A DNA stretch of 64,000 nt from Azolla caroliniana (lineage: Eukaryota > Plantae > Polypodiophyta). The notes under the pieces were generated by a model. That model was not told the origin of the DNA and ran no database searches. It saw nothing but the letters and a program-made list of their open reading frames with translations. This document shows positions 24,677-38,685 of the stretch, one piece after another (within the stretch, counting starts at the first letter, position 1; each line of letters begins with the position of its first letter). The stretch covers positions 30,318,001-30,382,000 of the forward strand of contig JBHGNT010000001.1 of NCBI GenBank assembly GCA_043228905.1, written 5' to 3'. The translations under genes were made by a program, and so were the position numbers.

Positions 24677-25021
24677 GGATTACTCCTGAAAACACTATAA
24701 AAGAGGGCACTAGGCATTATGTTGAACCAAATTGGTTCAATGCCAGTCTTAAGCCTTTTAGCCACCATTGTATATTCTCTTCATATAATACATATCTTTC
24801 TTATCATCACACACTCGCTCTCTCGCTCTCTCTCTTTCTCTCTGTCTCGCTCACTTCTTCCTTCTCTCGAAGAAGTTCCACACCTCTCATAGTACTAATC
24901 CTTCGTTTAGTACTAATTCCTTCTCTGTCTCAGTACTGTTCATGACAGTTTGAACCAAATTTCCCTACCTTCTGTCTCTCTCATTTCCTACTAATCTTTT
25001 ATTCCTCTTTTCTTTCATCCC

Positions 25022-26173
25022 ATGGCCATTGTTAGTGCTGAAGAATATCAATCTGTTTTCTCGGAATTTCAATGCTTGATGGAGAAGTTCCATGCTTTGG
25101 AACAAGAAAACCAACGGTTGTTGGGGGATCTTCAGCAAATCTCCTTAGAAAAGCAGCAAACGCAACAACAACATGGGGAACTTGCGTTACGCGTGCAACA
25201 ACTCGAAGCCACCATCGTAGCGATGCAACAACAAGGGCCCGGAACACAAGGGATTCATAAAGAACCTAAGATTGGCCTTCCCACGAAGTTCGATGGAACG
25301 CGATCGCAATTTAGAGGGTTCCTTAACCATGTACGATTAGTTATTCAAATGCATCCTTCCCGATATCCCACCGATGCATCACGAGTGGGTTTAGTAGGCA
25401 CTTTGTTAAGTGGCTCAGCGTTGTCATGGTTCGCTCCACTATTAGAAAAGGAATCTCCATTACTCAACAATTTTGAAGAGTTTCTAGGTGAGTTTAAAGC
25501 ATGTTTCGGAGATACTGACAGCATCAGGACCGCAATCAACAAAATCCGGCGATTACGCCAAGGTGACCGTCCAGCCTCCGCATACGCTGCAGATTTTCGC
25601 CTACTCGCCGCCGATATCCCTTGGGATGATCAAGCGTTGATGGAGCAATTCCGTTATGGTTTACGCAACGAGGTCAAGGATTTACTCTTGACCTTCCCCG
25701 AAGAGCCAAAGTCCTTAACAGAAGCAATCAGTCGCGCGGTGAGATGTGACAACTGCCTCTTTGAGCGACGTTCGGAACGACAACTACAGATGCCGAGGGC
25801 AAGATCAGAGCCCACCTACGCCTCAGTGGTAGCAAGACCTTTTCCGAGGGAGTCATATAATGCGCCTCCAGCGAATACTCCGACTCCGATGGAGATTGAC
25901 ACTACACATCATCGAGGGCCATTATCCGAAGAAGAAAAGCAGCGACGCTGTACAAATCGACTATGTCTTTACTGCGGTGGACCAGGACATATCGCAATAA
26001 ATTGCCCCCATAGGCCAAGAAGACAGGTAAACCAAATAGTCGCTAGTTCTAATTGTACTAAATCCGAGCCTATTTCAGTAGGGATATATGATAGTCCTAA
26101 TAGTACTAATATCCCAGATCTAGCAAACAAATTTGATGTCCTTAGTCAGTTAGAAGAAGAGTTAAACGACTAA
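25022..26173 (+). CDS. gag: Element D Gag (383 aa)
   Basis: PTKFDGTRSQFRGFL, LRQG, FRYGL, TPMEID, zinc knuckle CLYCGGPGHIAINC. Confidence 0.92.
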   Translation: MAIVSAEEYQSVFSEFQCLMEKFHALEQENQRLLGDLQQISLEKQQTQQQHGELALRVQQLEATIVAMQQQGPGTQGIHKEPKIGLPTKFDGTRSQFRGFLNHVRLVIQMHPSRYPTDASRVGLVGTLLSGSALSWFAPLLEKESPLLNNFEEFLGEFKACFGDTDSIRTAINKIRRLRQGDRPASAYAADFRLLAADIPWDDQALMEQFRYGLRNEVKDLLLTFPEEPKSLTEAISRAVRCDNCLFERRSERQLQMPRARSEPTYASVVARPFPRESYNAPPANTPTPMEIDTTHHRGPLSEEEKQRRCTNRLCLYCGGPGHIAINCPHRPRRQVNQIVASSNCTKSEPISVGIYDSPNSTNIPDLANKFDVLSQLEEELND

Positions 26174-29100
26174 GTCCAGCCAAAATAGGAGCCGTTTGGT
26201 TGGACAGCCCTAGATCTGTGCAGCCCATTAGTGGTTCCATTCCCTCTAAGCAAGTTAGTGATGTGTTCGTAGCCCAAGTAATAGTTAGTACTAAAAGTAC
26301 CCCTCCAGTACATGTCCTAGCACTCCTAGATTCCGGAGCTAACTCTTGCTTTATGGATAAGAAATTTGGTCAAGCTCATAAGATATCCCTAAGAAACCTC
26401 CAGTGTCCAGCCTTTGTAGTAGTCATTGATGGACGTCCCATTGCTTCCGGAAATATCATAGAAGAGTCAGAGCCCATTAATATTGTCCTAGATAACTTAG
26501 CATGTGTAGTATCATTTAATATTATTAGTATCCCAGAACATCCTATAGTTTTAGGACTACCGTGGTTCGAGTTACATAACCCAGACATAGATTGGAGAAC
26601 AAGAGAAATCCGGTGTCGACAAACCCAAGGGTCAACTCAGAAGATGGCAACCATTTCGCTATGTCAGTTGCGTAAAGAAGGGCACAAGGAGGAAATGTTC
26701 CTCTTTGCAATATTAGTAAACCCCTCTAGCACCACTAAAGAAGAATCCACCGTTCAACTTCCCGAGAAGTATCGTCATTACGCCGATGTGTTCGATAAAG
26801 TACAAGCCAACACACTTCCTCATCATCGACCGTACGATTGCCCCATCGATTTACAACCGGGAAAAGAGCCGCCATGGGGACCGATCTACAATTTGTCACC
26901 AACCGAGCTGGAAGTCCTTCGGGCTTATATAGAGGAGAATTTGGAAAATGGTTTCATTCGGCATTCGAAATCTCCAGTCGGCGCGCCCATTTTCTTCGTC
27001 AAGAAAAAAGATGGATTACCGTGGCTTGAATAAGGTTACAATCAGGAATAGGTATGCTCTTCCCCTTATCTCAAGTCTTTTAGAATAGATCAATGATGCC
27101 AGGTTCTTCACGAAGATCGACTTACAGGGAGCATATAACCTCGTACGGATCCGACTAGGAGACGAATGGAAGACCGCGTTTCGCACCAGATATGGGCACT
27201 TCGAGTATACTGTCATGCCGTTCGGCCTCACTAATGCGCCGACAGTCTTCCAGCACATGGCTAATGATATATTCCGAGATCTATTGGATGATTGTTTGAT
27301 CATCTATTTGGATGATGTACTGGTTTATTCAAAGACCCAAGAAGAACATGATTCTCATGTACTATTAGTACTAAAACGACTTCGAGAACATGGTCTGTAT
27401 GCAAAGCTGGAAAAATGTAGTTTCGGGTGCAACCAAGTGGAATTTCTCGGCCACATCATTTCGTCAGAAGGCATCTCCATGGACCCAGCTAACTTAGGTC
27501 AAAACGGTGGTAGAATGGCAGACTCCACGTTCGGTGCGGGATGTGCAATGCTTCTTAGGCTTTGCCAATTTTTACCGGAAGTTCATACAAGATTACTCAA
27601 AGATCGTTCTACCTCTCACACAACTTACCAGGAAGGGACAACTGTTCATCTGGTCCGAAGAAACGGACATGGCTTTCGAGAGTCTTAAAAAGGCATTTAC
27701 ATCGGCTCCAATTCTAGCTCATGTCGATTCGGAAAAACCATTCATTATCGAAGCTGACGCATCGGATTTTGCATTGGGGAGCATTCTGTCACAACAGGGG
27801 AATGATGAGAAGCTACATCCTGTGGCTTTTCACTCACGCAAGTTTGATGCTGCCGAAATCAACTACGAAATTCATGATAAGGAGCTATTGGCAATAGTGG
27901 ATTCTTTTATGCAATGGAGGCATTTTCTGGAGGGATCCTCTCATCCAGTCACCGTATTTAGTGACCACAAGAATCTTGCCTACTTTCAGGATGCTCGTGT
28001 GTTGAATCGACGTCAAGCTCGGTGGGCCCACTTCCTCACGCGTTTCGACTTCAAAATTACATATCGTCCGGGGAGGCACCAAGGGAAGGCAGATGCATTA
28101 TCAAGGCGTTCGTATCTAGCACCCCGTCCCGGCGAGCCAGCTTTCGATAACCAAAAACAAGTCATCTTGGGACCGGCACGACTACAAGCAACACAGATCT
28201 TTGACATGCCTATGGATTCCCGCGTTATCGATACCGTACGTGAAGACTTGAAGACAGATGCGTTCGCCCAAGCTATACTAGCACAAATTGATCCCTCTCG
28301 AGCGTTGTGTTCACAGTCGCAACCACCAGGTACGGACTATCGGCAATTCAAATACCATGATGGATTACTCTTCTTTAAAGAACTTTTGTATGTTCCTAAT
28401 GGTTCTTGCCGCCTTCGAGTAGTACAAAACTGTCATGACACATATACAGCTGGGCATTTTGGTAGTACTAAAACATTACATTTAGTACAACGATCATTCT
28501 GGTGGCCCTGTATGCGACAATTTGTCGAGGATTTTGTTCGGACTTGTGATACATGTTGCAGAGTGAAAATGCCAAGGCATCATCCATATGGTTTATTAGA
28601 ACCATTACCAATTCCAAGCAAGCCATGGCAATCCATTGCTCTAGACTTCATCACAGATCTTCCAGTCTCTAAGGGGTTCAATGCGATTCTAACGGTGGTC
28701 GATTGATATACGAAGATGGCTCATTTCTTGCCATGTACTAAGGAGATCTCCAGTGAAGACACTACCAAAATTGTCATGCGTGAAGTATGTCGGCATCATG
28801 GACTTCCCGATAGTATCATCAGCGACCGTGGACCCCAGTTCGTGTCAAAATTCTGGAAGCACCTTTTTAACATGCTCAAGGTCACTTGTAACCTCTCCTT
28901 CGGCTACCACCCACAAACCGACGGCCAAGCTGAACGAACAAATCAAACATTGGAGCAGTATCTGCGGTGCTTTCTCAGCTATCATCAGGACGACTGGGCA
29001 GATATTCTCCACTTCGCCGAATTTGCCTATAACAACTCTATCCACGCATCCACTAAAGTTACGCCATTTTATGCTTATACGGGATGTCACCCCTGGTGGA

Positions 29101-29741
29101 GTGTACTTGAAACCCCAGAGGTGTCCACAAATCCGTGCACGGAGGATCGTTTGGAGCAGTTACGCAAGATACAAGCGGATTTATCTACTCATCTCCAGCA
29201 AGCTCAACAAACACACAAGGTCTACGCGGATCGTCATCGACTTCCATCCAGTTTTAATATTGGAGATCGGGTGTGGCTGCTACGACGACACATCAAGACT
29301 ACTCGCCCATGTGAGAAGTTGGATTATCGGAGATTAGGTCCTTTCCGTATTATTGGAAAGATTAATGATGTCGCTTTTCGTCTCGATCTACCTCCTCAAC
29401 TTCGGATACATCCGGTGTTTCATAGTTCTCTCCTCGAACCCTACCACGAGAGCACCATCCCAGGACTTCTTATCCAACCTCCACCCCCGATCTAGCTTGA
29501 AGATGGGCCGGAGTACGAGGTTGCCGCCATCCTTGATTCCAAGATTGTGCGCAACAAGCTCTACTATCTAGTCGATTGGCTAGGCTATAGCCCCAACGAA
29601 TGTACTTGGGAACCGATCGAGAATGTAACCAATGCTCGTGCTCTTCTTGAAGACTTCCATCGTCAATATCCACACAAACCGGGTCCTCAATCCAAGACGA
29701 CTCGTGACACTCGTCGTTTTAAAGGGGGGATAGTGTCATGA
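26161..29741 (+). pseudogene. pol: Element D pol (PR-RT-RH-IN-chromodomain) with stops and frameshifts
   Basis: [43 protein letters not shown]; group I chromodomain EYEVAAILD...YLVDWLGY...TWEP at about 29510-29660. Confidence 0.92.
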
Positions 29742-30216
29742 TATGGCAAGACTCGAACCCATGACCTTAGGTTATATGGGTCGAGCTCTTGACCATTAGA
29801 CCATCTATTGTAATACATAGGATATTATTTTCATTTACATTTTATTATAGGAAATTAGTGTATATTCCAGATTTCTCTAGAACATTCTAGAAGCTTCAGG
29901 ATTACTCCTGAAAACACTATAAAAGAGGGCACTAGGCATTATGTTGAACCAAATTGGTTCAATGCCAGTCTTAAGCCTTTTAGCCACCATTGTATATTCT
30001 CTTCATATAATACATATCTTTCTTATCATCACACACTCGCTCTCTCTCGATCTCTCTCTTTCTCTCTGTCTCGCTCACTTCTTCCTTCTCTCGAAGAAGT
30101 TCCACACCTCTCATAGTACTAATCCTTCGTTTAGTACTAATTCCTTCTTTGTCTCAGTACTGTTCATGGCAGTGGCCGAGCGTTGTTCATCGGGAGCGTG
30201 TATTCCTGTCAATACC

Positions 30217-33200
30217 TTAGTTTCACTGCTGAACAGATGACCGAACTTCGGCAATCTCAAAGTGCTCTTGAGGCACGTGTCATTACTCTACAACGTGAGA
30301 CTAATAGACATGATGAGTGACAGGGTGAACCATCGTTTGTCGTTAAGCCATTTACGGGAGACAAAAAGGAAAGAACCAAAGAAGCAATCTGCATGTGGCT
30401 GGGCCGATGGGAGTCTCATTTTGAGCTCTATCCCATGCCAGATAGTACGAAGATTGCATATGTCGATCGAGAACTAGGGGGTAAGGCCGCCGCCTGGTGG
30501 CGTGGGCTCCGTACTTTGGGGAAATTGCCCGATATCTGGACAAATTTTGTCACAGTTTTCAAGGGCCAATTTCTGCAACCTTCCTCTCGAACCGAGGCAG
30601 CACAAGCTTTAATGAACCTCTCTAGCAGGAAGTTTTCCTCGCTAGAACACTATGTCCACCATGCTAGAACCCAAATCCAAAAATCGGGTCTAGAAGGGGA
30701 CAACTGGTTAATAGCTTGTTTTGTCAATGGCATCCCCAATTCAGACTATCATTGGATAGTGCACGATAAGGATCCAAAATCCTTCGAAGAGGCCGTTGAA
30801 ATAGTTCTTCGCTATCAATGCACTTCGAAGAAGGAGCACAACAAACCCAACGAAACGCCCGGGACTAAGTAGTCGCAATTCGGTGGGAAACGCAAGACAC
30901 CCAACGAATTCGTGGATCGCGATTGTAAGCGACAACATCCTTTTTGCGTATTCTGCAGAAAGAAGGGTCATACAAAAGATCAATGTCGAAAGCTCCAACG
31001 GAAAGAGCACGACAACAAAGCTAAAGCTGCAGACCATAAAGGTCAGATTCCTAATGTCCTTCAGGTCTATACACATCATTTAAGTAATTGTCAATGTTCT
31101 TTCCCTCACTATGTATTGGGTCCCACTAATTTACTACGTGCAAACGGGTATATCAATGGATCTCCCGTACAATTTTTATTTGATTCGGGAAGCTCACACA
31201 ACTTTGTGAATGACCGTTTGGTTCAGATATGGGGAATCCAACCCACCGTAAGTGATCACACCTACACGATGCACTTGGCTGATGGAAGAGTACAATACAT
31301 CAACGGGGCGATTCATTCATTAGGAATTTCTATTGACACTTATATAGAGGAAGTAGACTTCCATGTAACGAATCTTTGTACCAACGATGTAATACTGGGT
31401 TATCCCTGGTTTTATAATAAAAGCTCTTCTTTATCTATGGATTGGGTTCATCATTCGATTACATTTGTACTGAACGATTGTACTCATTTTATTCAATGTG
31501 TCAAAAAACAATCCCTCTCGATTGTTTCCTCGTGTCCATCAATATCCGAGTTGTCTTGTTCTACTTTATTTTATTGTGTACTTGATCTGGACGTCCACGT
31601 TTACAATATCGATAATGTCTCGGTTCAATTAACATATTTTGAACAACAACAACTTGATGAAATCTTAAATGATTTTCGTGATGTTTTTCCGAGTGAACTA
31701 CCAGATGGCTTACCTCCTAAACGTAATATAGACCATCGTATAGATATTGTACCTGGTGTTGCACCAATAAGTATACCTCCTTATCGCTTAAGTCGATCCG
31801 AAGAGGATGAGGTATCTAAGCAACTCAAGGAATATTTACGAATGGGTTATATACCTTATAGTAAATCTCCATGGGGTGCATCAGTTCTCTTGGTTAAAAA
31901 GAAAGAGGGCACATGGCATATGTGTATTAATTACCGACGCTTGAATAAAGTGACAATCAAGAATTCGTATCCACTGCCCCGGGCTGACGATCTAATTGAC
32001 TGTCTCCAGGGAGCTCGGTATTTTACGAAACTTGATCTCTGTACTGGTTACCATCAAATTCGTATAAGTGAGGACGATGTTCCTAAAACGACATTTCGTA
32101 CGCGCTATGACCATTCTGAGTTTTAGGTTATGCCTTTTAGTTTGACCAATGCTCCGGCTACATTTCAACAAGAAATGAATGACATTTTCCGAGAACAACT
32201 TGGAAAATTTGTCGTTATTTTCTTGGATGATATTTTAGTTTATAGCCTTACATTACAAGAACATGCTAAACATGTCTGCTTTGTTTTACAAACATTGCGT
32301 GACAAACAGTTTTACGCGAAGATCTCAAAATGTGAGTTCTTCAAGAAATCAATTACTTATCTTGGACATCTCATAACCGAACGAGGAGTTGAAATTGATC
32401 CTTCTCGCATCGAGAAAATCAAGCTTTGGCTCACTCTTCGGAATATTCGAGAAGTTCGATCATTCCTTGGTTTTGTCTGTTTTTTGTGAAAATCCCTTCG
32501 TAATTACTCCCAATTGACGACGCCGTTTACTAATCTTCTAAAAGGTCAAACGCGTAAGTCTACAAAACCTATTGTGTGGAATGCTACACTAGACCTCGCC
32601 TTTAAGGAACTCAAGGACCTAGTATGCAAGGCTCCTTCACTTCTTTTACCCGATCCTTCAAAACCTTTTGAGGTTGAAACCGATGCAAGTGATTATGCTA
32701 TAGGTGTTGTCTTATATCAAGATGGTAAACCAATAACATTCGAGAGTAAGAAACTTGTTTATGCTCAATGTCCGTATACCGTTCAAGAAAAGGAATTATT
32801 TGCAGTTATACATGCGCTCAAAACATGTCGCCATTATCTTTATGGAAATCGCTTTGTGGTAACTACGGACCACGAGTCCTTGAAATATTTTTGTGACCAA
32901 CAAGACCTGAAAGGTCGTAAGGCACGATGGGCTGATCTCATCCAAGACTTTGATTTTTCCATACGATATCGTAAAGGTTCCATGAATACTGTCGCTGATG
33001 CATTAAGTCGCATCCGTGAAGTTAACACGCTTAGCTTCACTGAAATATCATCAGATCTTTATGATCAACTTCGAGGAAAGTATCCTGATGACAGTTATTT
33101 CGCAAAATATTGGGCAAGAGTTGAGTCTGGAACAGACACCACCACATCCTCGAAGGAATACTTCCACATTGCTAACGGTCTTCTCTACCGTAATGGGAAG

Positions 33201-34541
33201 GTTTGTGTTCCAGATTTACCCGAGGTCAAAAAGAGGATTCTTTTTTAATGTCATGATGCACCCTTAGCAGGGCACCCTGGAATACATCGTACACTCGTTC
33301 TCATCTCCACTCAATTTTATTGGCCTAAGATGCGTCCTAACATACATAGCTATGTGACTAAATGTCACCAATGTCAGGTTAACAAAGCCGAGCGACTTAA
33401 AGCCGCAGGACTTTTACATCCCTTGGACATTCCCAGTAATAAGTGGGAAAGTATATCCATGGATTTTATTGTTAGCCTTCCACGCACCCAAAAAGGCCAT
33501 GATGCCATATGGGTTGTGGTTGATCGACTAACTAAGATGGCCAAATTTATTGCTACTAAAACCACGATAACAGCTCCTGAATTGGCTTACCAATTCGTTG
33601 ACGAGTTATTTCATTTTTATGGGTTACCGATGGATATCGTGAGTGATGGAGATCCAAAATTTACTAGTGACTTCTGGATGCAAGTCTTTAAGAAGTTAGA
33701 AACTACGTTGAGCATGAGCTCCACGGATCATCCTCAATCCGATGGACAAATAGAACGAGTAAATCAAATTATTGAGGACATGCTTCGAGCATATGTTGGT
33801 GCAAAACCAACAAAATGGGAACGTTATCTCCCAATTTTGGAGTTTGCTTATAACAGCTCCAAGCATACGTCGACGGGATATAGTCCTTTTATGTTGATGT
33901 ATGGTTTTCAACCACGAGCCTCGATTGATGTTAATATACATCATGATGAGTTGCGAAGTACGCAAAACTTTCTTTGGGATATGCAAGATATGTTGCATAT
34001 TGCACGAGATAATATAAAAACAGCTCAAGATAGAGCGCGTTTTTATGTCGATCATCATAGGCAACCTCGTGTATTCAACCCTGAACAGAAGGTATTTTTA
34101 CGTGTACCTCACAATTCTAAGACATTGTCTACGGGTAAGTGCACTAAGTTAGCCCCACGGTTTTGTGGACCTTTTACAGTTCTCAAATGCATTGGGTTGT
34201 CAGCCTATCGTCTCGCTCTTCCCGATGGTGTTGGAATTCATCCAGTTTTTCATGTGAGTCGTCTAAAAGAACTTCTAGGTTTTTGCGACAATACAGTTAC
34301 AACTAAAACTCTGGTTACTTCTAATGATTTATTTTCTAAACCACATGTACCAGAAAGAATTCTCGATGTTAAAACAAAAAAATTATGTACTAAAGAAATA
34401 CGAGAATTTAAAATAAAATGGATGGATAAATCAATAAAAGATGCCACACGGGAACGCGAGAATACTCTCAGAACTAACTTCCCTAACTTTCCATTGCAAG
34501 AGTGCAATGTTTTAAAGAGGGGGAGTATGTTACGGGCATGA
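30217..34541 (+). pseudogene. Element E gag-pol, decayed, with a group II-type chromodomain
   Basis: [48 protein letters not shown], and C-terminal PERILD...FKIKW...AT.E.E. Confidence 0.9.
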
Positions 34542-37500
34542 CCATATAATATCCCGTTGTCGCGATGTTACGCGCGTGCGTGGAGAACGAGGCGGGACCA
34601 CCGGGGTCTTGGACCGAGAAATAGCTGACAAGGAGGAGAACGGAAAGGCAACATATGCACTTGCACACGCACAGACACGGGAGCACACAGGAATCACAGT
34701 CCAACAACACAGCAAAACGAGACGACTAGAAGTCCGAGTATATGAACACGTATGTATATAAATATATATGCATATATCAAAACGGTTACAACTAACAGGC
34801 CGGATGGAGACTCTACCGGAAGCACACGGGCATTCCACGGAGCAGAGTCAGTGTCCCGAAAACCTGCGCAAAATGGCTATGGAGAGTGGCAGAGGAGAAG
34901 GGCCCAAGGAGGGAGGCCGTTATCATCCGTTACATCACATTAATTCTCTGTCCTTTCGGACAGAGATACACCTCGATTCTCTCCCTATTGAATGTGTGCT
35001 ACCTAGGATTTCACCTCAATCGACTTGTACCTACCTACTTACCATACAACGAAAAGTGTGCTCATGGGTAAGGGCCGGTTTACACACGCTAAACTCGGTT
35101 TCCACCTAGGGACGGTTTTCTTCACAACATACGCCCCCACCTAACCGCGCATCCACCGGTATGCGCCAAAATTGGGCTCTTGTTGGAGAAAAGCGGTCCA
35201 GGCTTTACTCCTCGTCTTCCGGATCGTCATCCGCCTCGGACTGCCCGTTGTCGCCGTCCATGCTTTCCAGATCTGGCTTGCACTCGTGTCGTTTCTTAAA
35301 CGCTTTGACCCTCTTCCCTACTACCGGTATTTCCATCCTCGTACCGTCGAGCTCCGCAAGATGGTAGGTCCCGTTGTCGTTCGCGCTTGTCACCACGTAA
35401 GGCCCGAACCACCTCCTTGCAAAACTTCCGCGTTGCCCTGTGCTGGTTGTCGAGGTTGCTGTCATACACTAGGACCCAGTCGCCTTCCTCGATTTTCTTC
35501 GGTCGCAGTCGGTGAGTCCGGTCAAACCGCCCTTTGTTCTTTAACCTTGCCAACCGAAGCTTCTCCGCAGTTCGTTCCACGTCCTCCGGCCTTCGCTCGA
35601 GCTGTTGAATTTGTGCCACTAGCAGCTGCACCCGGCTCATCTCATCTCTCTAGCCCACTGTGGCCCATGAGGAGATGGTTCGCTCTATTGGCATGGTCGG
35701 CCTCTGTTCGTACATAAGCTCTGCCGGCATGAACCTGGTTACCGAACTGTGCGTAGTTCGGTCCGCCCACAAGGCATAAGGTAGCAGTCGCGGCCAGTTC
35801 CCGACTTGGCCTTCACACGCCTGTACTAGCGCTTTGACGATCGGCCCGTGTCCGCGCTCCACCTTCCCGTTAGCCTCCGGATTGTACATTGTGGTGAGCA
35901 AGAGCTTGACCCCTAGTCGGTCAAACAGCTCTTTAGCCTCTTGTGCGTCCAACTCTCCGCAGTCAGCCACGATCTTTCCTATGGTCCCATACCGACATAT
36001 CACGTCCTCGATCAGAAACCGGCACACAACCGCGATCGTTTTGTTCTGCAGCGCTCGGCCTTCAACCTGGTTTGTCAAATCCTCCCGGGCCAGCACCAGA
36101 TACCGCATCTGTCCTACCCCCATCAGCATCGTCACCAAATCCACCATCCATTTGAAGTGGACGGTCGGAGGGTAGGTCGGGTGAAGCTCGTCTCGGTGTC
36201 GGACTATGGAGTGCATCTAATAGCTTTCGCAAGTCGTCACGAACCGATGCACGTCTCAGTACAGTCCCGCCCACTAGTACTTCCCCTTTAGCTTCTCAAA
36301 CGTGGCCCACGTCCCGCGGTGTCCGGCCCAGGGACTCTCGTGGTAGGCCCCCAACAACTCCTCCTATTCCACCTTCTTCGCCACCACTCGGACCGGAATG
36401 TCGTCCCTCTTCTTTTGGGTGCTTCCATATGTACCCGTCCCGAAGGAAGAATCGGTACGCTTTCTTCCGGATCCGGTTGGCCTCTTCCTTTGTCCACGCC
36501 GCGTCCAATGTCATTTTTTTCAGGAGCCCGCCGATCTGGAGCCACTCCCCGTCATACTTGCTCTCGTCGAATTCGTTAAGCGCCGGAGTGCTCCCCTTTC
36601 TGGTTGTCACGTATGCCGCCTCGAAGAAATCTATGCCGACTTCCTCGTCCTCCGAAACCATGTCGTCCTCTTTTGCGAACATCGCCCTTGAGAGCATGTC
36701 GGCCATGGCATTGTCCTTTCCGGAAATGTGTCGTATCTCCGGATTCAGGGACTTGATGTACGTTATCCACCTGAGCATTGCCAGGTCCGGCGTCGCGCAT
36801 CTGGAAACCATGCCGAGAATCGGCAGGCAATTCGTCTTGATTATTACCTCTATCCCGATCAGATAGTCTTTATCGGCCTTCACCGCCGAAACGATACCTC
36901 AGAGTTCGCGTTTAACCTGGGCGTATCCTCGATGTCGCTCGTTGAGGACCTTCGCGCCGAACCGGATGGGGGACCTCGTGCCAACTTCATCCTCTTGGTT
37001 GATCACCCATCCGATCCTGGTCGGACTCATGTCTACGGTTACGTAAATCAGAGTGTCTTTGCCGTAGACAGCCTTTCGAAGCGTCGGTGCCGTGGCAAGT
37101 GCTTCCTTCATCTTTTGGACTGACTCCGTATGCTCGTCTCCCCACTCGAATTTTCACCCTTTCTTCAGCAACCCATACAGCGGCTCCACGACGTGGGCAT
37201 AATGCGGGATCCAGATATGGTAGAACGCACATGCTCCCAAGAATCTCCGAACCTCCGTAACCGAATTGCAGTCATGCTTCATCGCAGAGATGGCTTCCAC
37301 CTTGGCCGGAGACGGTTTCCGACCGTATGGTCCGCATAGGTGGCCGACGACCAAGATCTCCGATTGCCCGAAGGCCTATTTTTCCCAAGAGAAGGTGAGC
37401 CTCGCGCCTTCTAGTCTCTGCAGCACCTTCTCGCAGTCATCGATGTGAGTTGCCACGAAATTCCAGCATCCGTCCGGTCCGATTGTCTCGTCCTTTTCCT

Positions 37501-37799
37501 CCACCGAGCCTCCACTGATCGGGATGTCGTCTAAGAATGGCATGGTGATGTCCGAGATACAATCCCTGAGCACTTTGTTCATCGCGTTCACCATGTGAGC
37601 CACCGAGTTCGTCCCTCCTTTTGGTAGGGTACACATCCGCATTAGGCCGAGAGGAGTTCACATCGTCGTAATGTCTCTGCTCTCCATGGCTAGTTGGAAC
37701 TGATCGTACCCCGAGTACAGATCACCGACAGAGTAAATCGACCTTCCAGCGAAGGCCTCCGCGAACTCGTCTATGGTCGGTCCGATTCATGCGTTACGG

Positions 37800-38487
37800 T
37801 GTCGCGTTGCTACACGCATGCGTGGAGAACAATGCGGGACCACTGGGGTCTTGGACCGAGAAATAGGTGAGGAAGCGAAAGGAGAGAAAGAGAGAGACAC
37901 TCTCTCACATATAGACAAAGAAGCGCATGGGGCGCTCGCACAACAACACAGGAGACACGAGTTGAGAACACTAGAGTATGTATGTAACAATATGCATGTA
38001 TTTGCGTGTATGCAGACGACTCGAACGGTTACAACTGATCAGGTCGGCGAGGCAGATGCCGACGCCCGATCACCCACGCACACATGAGGGCAAGATGGAG
38101 ATTCTGCCAGAAACACACGGGCGTTCCACGGAACAGAATCAGCCTCTCGGGAACCTGCGCCAAGAAAGCTATGGAGAACGACAGAGGAGAAGAGCTCAGT
38201 CCCAGTCTGACAGCACTTCGTCCCCTCTAGCGCGTGATACCTTTCCCTCGCCGTCTGCCTCTCTTTTATAGCTCAAGGAGGGAGGCCGTCTCACTCGTTT
38301 ACATCACATTAACTCTCTGTCCTTTCGGACAGAGATACTCCTCGATCTCCCTTACAGAATATTGCTACCTAGGATTTAACTTTTGTGCCTAACCATCCAC
38401 CGTACAACAAGGGACGTGCTCACGTGAAAGGGCTGGTTCACACACACTATACACGGTTTGCGCCTGGGGATGGTTTTCTTCACGACA
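37800..38487 (-). mobile_element. Solo LTR of the Trp family (H-like) in F RT
   Basis: TGTCGCG...TTCACGACA; 4-bp TSD ACGG (37796-37799 / 38488-38491). Confidence 0.93.
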
Positions 38488-38685
38488 ACGGATGGTCACC
38501 TTGTTGACCGGTTGCAGGTCTTGAATGAAGCGCAAAGTGCCGTTCTTTTTCGGCATCGTAAACCACCGATTCGAATACGGGGCACTCGACGGTTCGAGGA
38601 TGCCCATCCCCACCCTTTGCTTCAGAAGCTCCATCAACTTTGGGATGTGAGCTCTCGGCACCGGAATTAGTTTGAGATTCCACGG

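Larger units (their letters stand above)
24512..30171 (+). mobile_element. Element D: full-length Tcn1-like chromovirus
   Basis: LTRs 24512-24947 and 29734-30171; TSD GTGGC (24507-24511 / 30172-30176); PPT AAAGGGGGGATAG at 29721-29733; no tRNA-type PBS. Confidence 0.95.
23849..30211 (+). mobile_element. Copia solo LTR split by element D (23849-24511 plus 30172-30211)
   Basis: TGTT...GTCA termini, TSD ATACC (23844-23848 / 30212-30216); homologous to the reverse complement of 17930-18576; ~40-bp tandem repeats. Confidence 0.9.
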
